DNA from: Lama guanicoe
Lineage: Eukaryota
NCBI GenBank assembly: GCA_013239625.1
Contig: MU054212.1
Span: forward strand, 6,174,270-6,238,269
Length of the DNA: 64,000 nt
Direction: 5' to 3'
Below, piece by piece: positions 12,880-24,100 of this stretch (the stretch's first letter is position 1; every line of letters begins with the position of its first letter). The position numbers were made by a program, and so were the translations under genes. The notes beneath the pieces are model-generated. The model searched no databases. It was not told the origin of the DNA and saw only the letters and a program-made list of their open reading frames with translations.

Positions 12880-13449
12880 CAAAGATGTCAGAATTAATTT
12901 GCCAGATGGAGTGGCTCACAGAACTTAGGAAACCAGTTTACGCACTAGATTACTGGTTTATTATCAAAGGATAGAACTCAGGAATAGCCAGATGAAGAGA
13001 TGTGTACATCAAGAATGGGGCAAATGGTGTGGAGTGTCCATGCTCTCTAAGCATGCCACTATCCTCAATCTCCATGTGGTCACCAAGCAGGAAGCTCTAA
13101 AACCTATTCTTCGGGGTTTTTAGAGGCTTCTTTGCATAAGTATCATTGATTAAATCACGAGCTATTGGTGACTGGACACAATCTTCACCACCCCTCCTCC
13201 AACCCTCGGCCCCCCCCCCCCGGGAAGGAGGTCTGGGAGTGGTACTGAAAGTTCCAAGCCTTTAATCACCCTGTTGGTTTGCCTGGGGACCAGCCTCCAC
13301 CCTCTGGGGCTTTCCAAAAGTCACTTTATTAACATAACAAAAGACACCTTTACTGCTCTCTTATCAATTAGGAAATTCCAAGGTTTTTAGGAGGTCTGCG
13401 CCCCAAACTGGGTCAAAGACCAAATATATATTTCTTATGATAAATCACA
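12880..13449. mobile_element. MER21-like LTR, apparently nested in an older LTR (about 12805-12880 and 13450-13630)
   Basis: tggctcacagaact.aggaaa..agtttac...ttattat.aaaggata.aactcaggaa.agccagatg matches the MER21 pattern. Confidence 0.65.
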
Positions 13450-13639
13450 AAGGGAGAAATATCTTGGCTTCTTCCTTCCTCTTTCCAGTGTCTCATCAGT
13501 GCCTCCCATTGGCTGAATATAGCCAGAAGTCAGCTGGCGAGGGAAAATGGGAAACAGTTTGCAAGGGTCAGCTCCAGCAACACAGAACAGAACAGCGGAC
13601 CACTGGGGGAAATGGATCTGACAGGCATTAAGCAAATGC

Positions 13640-14110
13640 CTAGCTCAGATACTTGAGTTACAAATAACAAAAAAGCCAACTGAGAATGGCTTAGGGTTTA
13701 ACAAATAGGAAGTAAGGTAGCTGCAGAATTGATTAGATTAATCGAATGGCTCACCTATATAAAGGACCTAGTTCCTTCCATTTTCAGCTCTCACCTCTTC
13801 AGCACATTGGCTTATCCTCCCGCTCCTTCTTTTCATGATTCCATGATGGTTGCAGAGTTCCAGGCAGCCCAGATAGATCAGAGAACATCCTGCAGCAGCA
13901 CGGAGTTTTTTTATTCCTATTTGGGTTTTTTTGATCAGCAAAGAAAAGCACTTGGTGAAGCTCCTCGGAAGAATTCTTGTCACATTTCTTTGATCTTAAT
14001 TGAGTCACAAGCCCGGGTCTAAGCCACTGGCAAGAGGCAATGGCCCAATCAGATTGGCTCATTTCCATCACGGTTTTTCCCCTTCAGTCAAGAATGTGGG
14101 TTGCCTCCCA
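13640..14110 (-). mobile_element. MaLR (MLT1-type) LTR fragment
   Basis: tccatgatggttgcag..ttccagg...; tcttgtcacatttc.ttg..c.taattgagtcaca. Confidence 0.5.
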
Positions 14111-17100
14111 AAAGACATGGTTTGGAGAGAAAGAGGAGATACCTAAACAAAAATCATTTGTTAGAGTGGCGGATGGAAGTGGGGTTTGTGAATGCCTGTT
14201 GATAGGAACATGGTGTCTATTATGGTTTTCCTTTCACATTTTGTTCACTTGGACTCCTTCCTGCTCAGTCTGAGGCATCCATCTGCCTGCGTGTATGCAC
14301 GTGTTGTGTTGAGGTGGGGAAAAGAAGAAATCAGTATTAATTCAACAGGAATGTTGCTTTTCTTTTTTTTTTTTGAGAGCGTTTCCAAAACAGGCTTAAA
14401 CAATTAAACTACATGCCTTCAGGGAATAGGTTATTTATGTGCATGGCCAGGAGTAATACTGAAAATATTTAACAGCTGAAATCAAATGGCACTGGCCAGC
14501 CAGGACAGACGATGGATGTCAATACTGCACATGGTACCAATTTAAAGAGATACCAAAGGGTATACAGTGAAACCAAATGCGAGCCTCTCTCCCATTCCAT
14601 CTCCCAGCTTCCCTGTCCACTTCCTCAAAGGCAAGTTCTTTTACCAGCCAAGCAGGCTTTTAAGGTTCTGTAGTGAGACAAAGCCAGGCTTTGTCAAGAA
14701 AGAAATTAATTTTCTAAATTCATTTCTCTCCCCTTTTTGCATATCAATTCCTGGCCTAGTGGACTTGACTGAAGAGTTCTGCATATGGGAGCACCCAGTC
14801 TGCCCTAAAAGGTGAGGGCAAAGGTCCATTTTTTCCTGGCCAAGGGACTGTGGTTGGAAAAGAGAGACAGAGTATAAGAAAGGTGTGTTAGGCAGGTTGA
14901 GAGGAGTGCCCAGGGCTCGGGGGCTGAAAGCACTGCTGCCTCTGAATTTGGGCTGTGTAGGACCAACTTAGGGGTCAGCACTTCACGCAAATTCAGTGAC
15001 ATGGAATGTTTAGAAGGAATGGGTCTTCCAGAGTGACAGAGGGGAGGGCCCCAAGGGATGCCATGGACACTAGTTATGTTGAGAGAATGAGAAGCCTGTT
15101 GTGTTGAGGGTCAAGGAATTGGAAGATGATTGTAGCAGAGATTCACGTGGTTCACGGTATTGGTGAGACTGAGTCAACCAGGGCACACCACAGGACCTTC
15201 ACCCAGCTGAGAGGCCAGAGAAGCCCTCACCAGCAGGTACCAAAAGCAGAATGTCCAGGACTCATTGCATCTCAGAGAGCAGCCAAAATGATCCTTTCTG
15301 CAGAACAGTTCATCAAGAATTCAAAGGAGACCTTGCAGATCTCTGGACCAAAGATTCCCCAGTGGTATCTCAAGTTCATATCAGCTATCCCTGACCTCCC
15401 TCTTATCTTCTCCAATATCATTCTGAGGGGAACCAACTGAGAGAGATGAAATATTAAGAGACTTTTAATCTAAACTTAAATGTTTAAATTATTGCAACAG
15501 ACTAAGTTTGTCAAACTGGACTAACATTTAGAGTTTTCACCCAACTGCCCCAAGGCTGAGGACGTCTTATTTATTCAGCTGAATGTATTTTAAGTAAATC
15601 TGTGACATTGCCATAAAAATATCAAGTAGTTTTTCACGTGAAATGCTGCCAAGACAGAAGACTGTGTCTTTTGGCATTTAAGGTTTATTTTTCTAAGCTT
15701 AGCTCTCAGAGGGTAACTGCATTTTCCTTACACCCACATTTTTGATGGATTTCCACATATGGCCAACTATATGCTTACATGTATGCCAAGTAACTTCCTA
15801 GAGTAAGTGAGGAAGTAATACAAACATGTTTGGATTAGGGTATGAGTAAGGCTGCCATTACAGAGAATAAAATGAAGCAAATAAAATTAAAGTCACAAAA
15901 TTAATTTTCTGGTTAAGGATTCTCACTAAGGAAAAGATTCTATTGAGTAGAAAATATGCTTTACTTCCTAAAGTGGTAAAAGTAAGTAAAATATGATTGG
16001 GAATATATTATCAAAGATGTGAAACTTGGAATCCAAGAAGTTAAATTTTACAAGAGAATTTGAAAAGCACCTGAACTATTGCTATTAGGTACCCTTCCCA
16101 TCAAGTGCTCTTCCTCCTCCCAAGAAATCTGAAGCTAAAATTAGCATTTCTGCTCTGCTTCTACTGTTTTTGCTAAGGGAGGAAACGGGACAAAAATACA
16201 AAAATGTACTTTGGTGGAGGGAATTCGTTGCTCACTGGGAAAATAATTTGGTATTATTCTAGGAATTGTCATTTTAAGAAGGAATTGTCGTTTCCTCCGT
16301 AACGTTTTTTTCTAAGTCCATACAAATCCAATCATTCTACTTCCTATCCTGACGATAGTCACCACTAAAGAAAAATTTAATACTTTGGCAGACACCATTT
16401 TTTGTCCCTTCATTTTGTTAGACACCCAAGAGTGTAAATGAATTTAGAACTCAAAGTTCATGATACATGCATAACATTTAACCTAGTGTCGCGGACAATA
16501 TGGACAATAAGTGATGGAATTGAATTAACTAGGCCCTTCAGTGGCTTCTATTTATGAATCTTTTAGTCCATAGTGGAAAGCTTTAACAAAGCATGGTAAT
16601 GAAACCTTTTTTTCTTTTCTTAAGTGAACGGAGAATGCTTTATCATGTTCCATATTTCTCTGGCTCCTTTCAGGTGGTTGTGATCTCAACTTATAGATTT
16701 GTCAATTGTGTGGACATAACTGAGAACTAAGGGCCCATTGAAAAAAAACGTTTAAACTGGTGAATAATGTTGGTGAAACGCCTAGATCCATGCTTCTATC
16801 TCATTCTTCTTCAAAGCCGTCAAACAACAAAGCAAAGGTATTGGTGGAAAAACGCATCTGTGACTGTAACTCGTCAGTCACATTGTGTTAAGGGCGAAAG
16901 CTGAAACCTTCTCAAGGGGCTTATTTTTAATTTCTCCTCTCTATAGGATTAAAATCCCGTAACAGTACTTGGTTTATAACACATCTCCACATGGTCAAAA
17001 CATACTGACAAGGGCAAACAGTAGGGACCAAATTTTTAACGTTAGTGCCATTTTCTGAAGAAAAGTTCCTGAAAAACCCAATATATTTGATAGGAGTAGG

Positions 17101-17589
17101 AATTCCTGCAGTAGGGATGCTGTGGGTGTACAGGTGGGCACCCAGCTGTTTATGTCACAACCTGGGACAGGTGCCACGCGCCGGTTGCTACGGAGGCCGC
17201 CCTCCCCCACTCCTCGGCCCCGCGCTCGCAGCCCCTTACGTTCGGTGACCGGCCGCGCCGGCTGCACGCAGCGCGATGCCACGGGAGAGCTGCTGCAGCG
17301 GGCGGTGGGATCCCGGAGCACCATGAGCCTCGGGCCCGGCCCGGTTTCGGGCCGATGAGCACTGCGCACTCCCACCGCCACTCCCCTCCCGGCCTCGGCT
17401 GCGAAGGCAGCAGCGGAAGACCAGAAGCCCGAGGGCGGCGCCGGGCTTCTCTACCTGCGCTCACCGGGGAAGCTGCTTCACCAGCCGCGAGGCTCCGGGG
17501 CTCCTAAGTGAGCGCCTACGCAGGCGGAGTACAGGGGCGGGGCAGCGCGGGGCAGGGCGGGGCGCCCAGCCCCGGGGAAGAGTAAAAAA

Positions 17590-17658
17590 CCCGGAAAAGG
17601 GAGGCCGGAGGCACCGAAAAAGGCTGAGGGCGGAGCCGCGGCTGCGTCGCGGAGCCAG
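17590..17658 (+). other. RNF138: RNF138 non-coding exon 1 (start approximate)
   Basis: Strong donor CAG|GTAAGG after 17658, downstream of GC boxes. Matching acceptor cgcag| before 17974. Confidence 0.65.
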
Positions 17659-18006
17659 GTAAGGGGGTGGCCTGGGGCGGGCTGGCTGTGGGCTGAGGAC
17701 GGGCTGGGGACGCCCTTCCCGGGCCAGAGGGGCGGCTCCCGCCTTCGATGGAAGCGACAGTGAGGCCAATCACCGGCCTCTCGGCCGCGGCCTCCCGCCA
17801 GGCACCGCCTTCCCGCCCTGCCCCTGCGGGAGGAGCAGCCCTGGGCTCGACCCTCGCCCGGCGCGTGCGGCCGCGGCGTCTCGGCGTTCAGCCCCGCCCC
17901 TCCCGGGCCCCGCCCCCTTCCTGGCGCGAGCCGCTTCCTGAGGTGATTCCCCGCCCCCTCCGGGTTCGCGCAGGGAGTCGGGCCCCTGGCCGCCACCGCC
18001 ACCTCG

Positions 18007-18030
18007 GCCGCCGCCGCCGCCGCCGCCGCC
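18007..18030 (+). repeat. (GCC)8 in the RNF138 5'UTR
   Basis: Direct reading. Confidence 0.95.
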
Positions 18031-18056
18031 ATCGCCTTGATCCCGCATCCCCCGCC

Positions 18057-18166
18057 ATGGCCGAGGAGCTCTCCGCGGCCACGTCCTACACGGAAGACGA
18101 TTTCTACTGCCCCGTCTGTCAGGAGGTGCTCAAAACGCCCGTGCGGACCGCGGCCTGTCAGCACGT
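18057..18166 (+). CDS. RNF138: RNF138 coding exon 1 (gene exon 2)
   Basis: Kozak cccgcc[41 protein letters not shown], donor gtgagt. Confidence 0.97.
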
Positions 18167-21100
18167 GTGAGTAGACGCCCCCTCCCCCGCGCGGAGCCGG
18201 GTGGTCGTTTAGGCCCCACATCCCGACCCGGACCCTGGGCTGCGGCCTGGCGGGGGCCGAGCCCGCCGCGGCCTCCTGGAGCGCCGCTTGGTGCCGAGGG
18301 CCCATCCCCGGCCGGTCGGAGCCCTGGCCGCCCGCCCTCCGAACTCGCGGCCGGCTCCCTGCGCCCGGCGCCTCAGCCCGAGCTCCCGGACCTCGGGTCT
18401 CCCTCGTTTCCGCGCCCCCAGGCCATGCGCAGGCCTGTCCCCGGGGCGTCCTCGGGCCCCGAGGCCCCTCGGCTCTCCTGCAGGCCCGGGAGGAATTGCA
18501 GGGAACGTGGAGCCTTTTTGTTTCCTAGCAACCTGAGCGAAGGCTGGGGTGTCGAGTGTCAAAACCGGCCGAGGTGCCCGCACCGGCCCGCTCGCCCCGC
18601 TCCGCGACCCGCCCCGCTCCCAAGTTTTCCTTTTCCTTTCAGAACCTTGGCCCACCCTTTCCCGATCCAGGAGCTCTTATCTCACTTCACCTTTCATCCC
18701 TGCTTCACAGACCATCCTTTAAAGTATTTTCGACGCGTGCAAAATTCAGCGCAGATTAGAATGACCTAGAACGGGTTTGCTCCCTCAAATGTTAGAACTG
18801 ACAGGATTTCCGGGTATTGAAGTGATAGGTTCCTTTTGTTTTACCCTTTTGCTTATTACTTGGTTACTATAAGGGTGGTGATGAGAAAGACTGCCCTTGT
18901 GAGGCATGAACTGAAATGAAGACAGTAACTCTAGGGGTGATGGAGACCGCAGAAGGAGTCGGTGAGGTGGCCTGGTGCTGTTCGATTTGGAATATTTGTA
19001 GGAAGAACTTCGATAATTTTATAGACTGCTAAGCTGTCAGTAAGGGTTAGAAGGAACCCTTCTTGTGAAGGTGTAGCACTCTGACAAACCTGGCTGCTGA
19101 TCAGAATCCCTGGGGAACTTTCAGAGTAAACATACCAATTCCCAGGCTCCATTCCAAACTTACGAAAGAATTTCTGGCAGGTGAGGCCTAGAAATCTCTA
19201 TTTGAAAAAATACACTCAGGCTTGAAAGTTCTGTGTGCTTGCAAATAGCTGAAGAGGATCAATTTCTCCTTCGACTTGGCGGTAAGTTCTGTAATTTTGT
19301 AAAGAATGGGTTGTTGAGTTTGGGGTTCTTAATCACAAACTTCCTTATAGTTGTTTCTTGATAACCACTCTTCTCACTCTGATTCCCTAGTCTTTTTTTG
19401 AGGGGGGCATAGGTGATTAGGTTTACTTATTTAATTTTTTTTTCTTAATGGAAGTACTGGGGATTGAACCTAGGACCTTGTGCATGTGCTCTACCACTTG
19501 AGCTATACCCTCCCCCTGCTTCAGATCCCGTCTTAACTACACTGTCTGTCTTACTCTATTCTGTCGTGATTGTGCAAGCCCAAAGAATATGTGACTTTTT
19601 ATAATAGAAGTAAAGCCAGTTATGTTTTTGCTGCTTATGGGAGATGAATGACAATCTGGAATTCCTTTATTATTTGGTGCAACAAGTGCGGATTGTTAGA
19701 AAAATATTTTGAGATGTTCTGGGCACAATGTATACTTTTTGGTCTTTAGTCTGTCAGTGTTCATTATTATGACTTGATGTGCTTGGGATGGCGGTGGGTG
19801 GAAGAAGGGAGGCAAGGAGGTCAAAGTGAAGAAGTAGGTCTTTTCTGGATAGAATCATTTCAGTTGCCATTTGGGTCATTGACCTCAGAGAACTCATTGT
19901 AATCTCTAGTTCCCTTCAGAATTCCATGCAGTTTGCTCTAGTTCACTTCTGCTGTGGGACATTTTATTAAACCAGACTGTAGTTTGGCTTGACCTCAAGG
20001 CTATGGAAAAGAGAGTAGAGATGATTGTTGAGGGCTTTTCTCAAAACAACTCACTGGGCTGGAATGTGGAAATGAAATATAGAGTAGATTTTTTAAAGAG
20101 GAATGGACACTTACTACTCTACTACTCAAATTACTCTCCTCCATCCATCCTCTCCTTTACCAGCACTGCTCCCTCTCAAACACACACAGTTGCTCTAAGG
20201 TTCTGGCTGAGCAATGAATTAAGGCAGAGGGAGGAAAAGTTTTATTTGGAAGGGGTGGTAATAGTGGAACAGGGTCTTGATTAGAAGGAGTTTGGTGGGG
20301 AAATAGAATTTAAAAAAAAAAAATCTAGAATGTCACTTGCTCTTTCCTTTTTACAAAAGACAAACCTGTGCCTTTAAACAAATTTATATTTGGCTACAAA
20401 ATCAGTGTTTTGTTCAAGAGGAGTGAGAGATGAGGTGATAAGAGCTTTGTGCTCCTATTGGTGTGTTAGAAAATAAAGTTTTCTTTGCCAGTTCAGCAAC
20501 AGTGAAGTATTTGTCCATTCTAGTAAAAGGAGCAAGTTCATGATCACTAGAATAACTTTACCAAAATAGAAATTTGCATTTAATCCTCGTTCATCCCTTC
20601 AAACAGCAATTGTTGAATGCTTTCTCTGTGGTGTGTAGAGGGAATACAGAGTTCTGTTTCTCTGGAGACCATTAATAGTCTAATGGAAAAGACCTGTACA
20701 TGAATGTGATGGGTATGCAAGAAATTGAGGAGGAAATTTTTATGTAAGCATTGAGAGCAAGTGCCTAAATCAGCCTGTGAGTATAGGAAAGCTGTTTTGG
20801 ATGAAGTAATCAGAATTGGTATACAGGGTTTGTTGGGGAATACCCTGATTAGGTTTACAGCATATGCAGAGGCAAGGAGGGGTTACAGAGGATGACTGTA
20901 TCTGGACTACAAAGTTTGGCTGGAGCCAAAGGATGAGTGTAGTGGAGATGGAGCTTAGAGATGTCGGCAGGAATTTACTGTGTAAGCCAATTTGAACTTT
21001 TTCCTCATCTGTTGAATAATTTTGGTATCGGAGCACCATGGTCACATTTAAATTTTAAAATTTACTTTAGTAGTCTTGTCTAGCTTGGTAGTGGGGAGAC

Positions 21101-24100
21101 TAGTGAAGAGGTCATTCATTGCTGTGTCAGAGAGGGAAATGGATTAGAACCTGAACCAAGGTAATGATAGTGGGAATAGAGAGAAGAGATTCCTGGCATT
21201 TAGAGGAGACTGTGTAAGATTTGATGATTGTATGTCCAATAGTTAAGTGTATGTACTTAGATCTGGAATACATGGCGCTAAAGCTGTGAGTGTAAATGTA
21301 GCCGCTGAGGGAGGTATAAAAGAAATTGAAAGATAGCAGAGGGCTGTCTAGGTAGTACAAAGTGCTGGAGAATTTATATTTAAATGTGCAGTGGAGAAAA
21401 GTTCAGCCTGAGAAGGAATAGACAAGATAGGAAGAAAACCAGGATAGAATGTGACAGGTCAAACTGAAAAAAATTTTAAGGAACTGTAGTCAGCAGCATC
21501 AGATACCTTAGAGTGGTCAGATGTAATGTTTTGAAAAACATGTCAAAACGAATTAAGAATATTAAAGTTGAGCAGGTATTCAAAGTAATGTTTCAGAAGG
21601 TACAGACTGGCATAGTGGTAAGGTATTTATGTCTTTTTTTTCCCCCTTTGTAATCTTCAGAGGCTCTTTGAGCCAAACCTCCCTTCTCTGTTTTGAATGG
21701 TTAAGGGGGTAACTGTACACTGTTAGAAGTAAGCTCCATCACAATGAAAGTTACATGTAATGACATGTTGATGCCTTGCCAGATGTTAAAAACGGGTATC
21801 TAATCTGTTTGCTTTTGGACATCTGTGTGATTCTTTATTGACCTGCTTTGGATTATCCAGTCCTTGAATTTTCACTTAATGTTTCTAATAATTTTAGCAA
21901 CTTTATTGATATCTTGTTTGAGCAGTTGTGCTTTAAATATATAGTTTCAAAATTTCTTTTTTCCTACAGACTTGTAATTCTGAAGCCAGGCTCCAGTGGG
22001 CTCTTGCTGATTTAAAGATGCTGCTCTAAGCCATCTTTTTTCTTAAGATTTTTAAGACCTTATCTAAATCCTTTTGAAAAATGGTTATTTATAAAGTGGT
22101 ATAATTTTTTAATTTAATTATGTAACAAGATTGATTTGATTTTGTCTTGAAGACTAACTTAAAGTTTTTTAAAAATCAGATATTTTAAGTTTTTTGGGGA
22201 AATGATTTTGATTACAGACTAGGAAGATTAAAGTTACCAGATTTTAAATTAATACTAAAAGCAGGAGCTTGGTGGATGGGAAGGTTGCTTTACTCTCCCC
22301 GTGTCTGTTGATCAGCCTGTTTGGAGAATGGGTAAGAAGAGAAATTCATCTAGCATTTGCTAGTTGAAAGTTGGGAGAAACTTAAAGATAACCTTTACAA
22401 TTGTTTCAGAGTAGTACACCATCTGAGAGATGCAGTCTCCTTTGATACATCAAAATAGTTAGTAATCTTGATTTGCCCCTTTTTTCCTCCCCCTTCTACT
22501 TTGTTTTGAAAACAGCTCTATCTAGCAGATTCAACTAGTCTAGCAAAAGGAAGATAAGGAATAAGAAATGTGCTTGATGGTACAGAGGAAGGAAAGAATT
22601 GGAGTTAAAAGACCTGAATAACTTTCCTTTGTACCTCTTATGACAGTTTGTAATCATAATATTTTTGGAATCAGGTGATTTGACTGATGTCATTCTCACT
22701 GGGTAGACTGTAAGTCTTAAAATGCAGCAACCTAGATCTGCTTCTTACCTGAGCCTACTGTATGCATTTGGTATTGAATAAAGTAATGATGAGTTTGTGT
22801 TGGGTGACTACAGCTTACTAGCTGTATCACTTGGTCAAGTCGTTTAACTCCTTCCAGCCTGTTTTCTTATCCATGAAATGGGTGGGAACAACCTATTTTA
22901 CAGGGTTCTTGCAAGGACTAAATGAGGTGATATTTGTGAATAAGAGTAATAATTTGTATTATGTGTTTTATAGTTTTCGAAATCCATAAAATATACAACT
23001 GTATTTAGTTTAATAACTACAGCATGTAACACAAAAACTAGATTATTATTGTAAACAGAAAGGAATCTATGTCAAGTTTTTTGTCCAGCTATTTAATATC
23101 AAAGGTATTATTGTGATTCACAATATTAAAAGTACAAAAGGAAATAATATGATTTTCTTCCCCAATTACCGTTACCTTACATATTCCTCCAGATGTATAT
23201 GTATAAAAGTTGTAAATAGAATTTTCTTGTTTTTCACATAAAGAACAGCATACTGTATGCATTCTTTACCATATAGCAAATAGCATACCTTACTATTTTC
23301 ATGTTACTGTATTGAGGTTATTGCATATCAGTATATAAAGGGCTTCCTTACTCGTGTGTGTGCGCGCGCACGTGCGTGTGTGTGGTTGTAGATTTTTCAT
23401 TCATTCAGCCAACACTGACTGTCCATTATGTGCCAACAATACTGTCGAGGATTCTAGGGCTCTAGCATTCAACAAACCAGACAGCAATTTCTGACGCCAT
23501 GGAACATGTTTGGTATTACAGTATTCCATTGTTTGATGTATTAGTATTTATTTAACCAGTCTCATATTGATGAACATTTAGGTTGTTTCTAATCTTTTGC
23601 TGTTACAAATAATGCCACAATGGTTAAACTTGTATAAATACCATTTCACATGTCAGAGTATTTCCTGTAAGATAAATTCTCACAAGTGGAATTGCTGGGT
23701 CAAAGGGTGAATACAAAGGCATTTGTCAGTTGTGTCATAAGGAGGATTATAGCTCTGTTGAAGTGTTTTGTACATGGAAGGTGCTCATGGTTTTGATTTG
23801 AGGATTGTGGATTATATCTTTGGGTTAAGATTTTTGATTAGATTAAGGTAAATTAGCATTCATTGTTTTAACAAATATTAATGAATGCCTACTGGGTGTC
23901 CAGCTCTGTGTTACAGTGCTGTGCATGCAGTAATGTCCAGTTAGATATGTTCTCTGCCATCAGAGCTGGCATTGGTGAGAGACATTTTAATTCAAATAAA
24001 CACTCAGATAAGTGTGCAGTTATAAACTCATAGATTCAGTGGGGAGGATGTAGCTCAGTGGTAGAGTGTGTGCTTAGCATGCATGAGGTCCTGGGTTCAA

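Larger units (their letters stand above)
17150..18620. promoter_or_regulatory. RNF138: CpG island / RNF138 promoter
   Basis: Very GC- and CpG-rich. GC boxes near 17534 and 17556, NRF1-like GCGCCTACGC near 17512, CCAAT at 17766. Confidence 0.92.

Noticed and set aside
15126..15440. 104-aa ORF upstream of RNF138
   Set aside because: No recognisable family and no supporting gene structure.
16859..16882. Inverted repeat TGTGACTG-N8-CAGTCACA
   Set aside because: An 8-bp stem is expected by chance in 64 kb.
17478..18305. 275-aa minus-strand ORF with poly-Ala, and other long ORFs at 17-18.8 kb
   Set aside because: Explained by stop-codon depletion in a CpG island. The poly-Ala is the antisense reading of (GCC)8.
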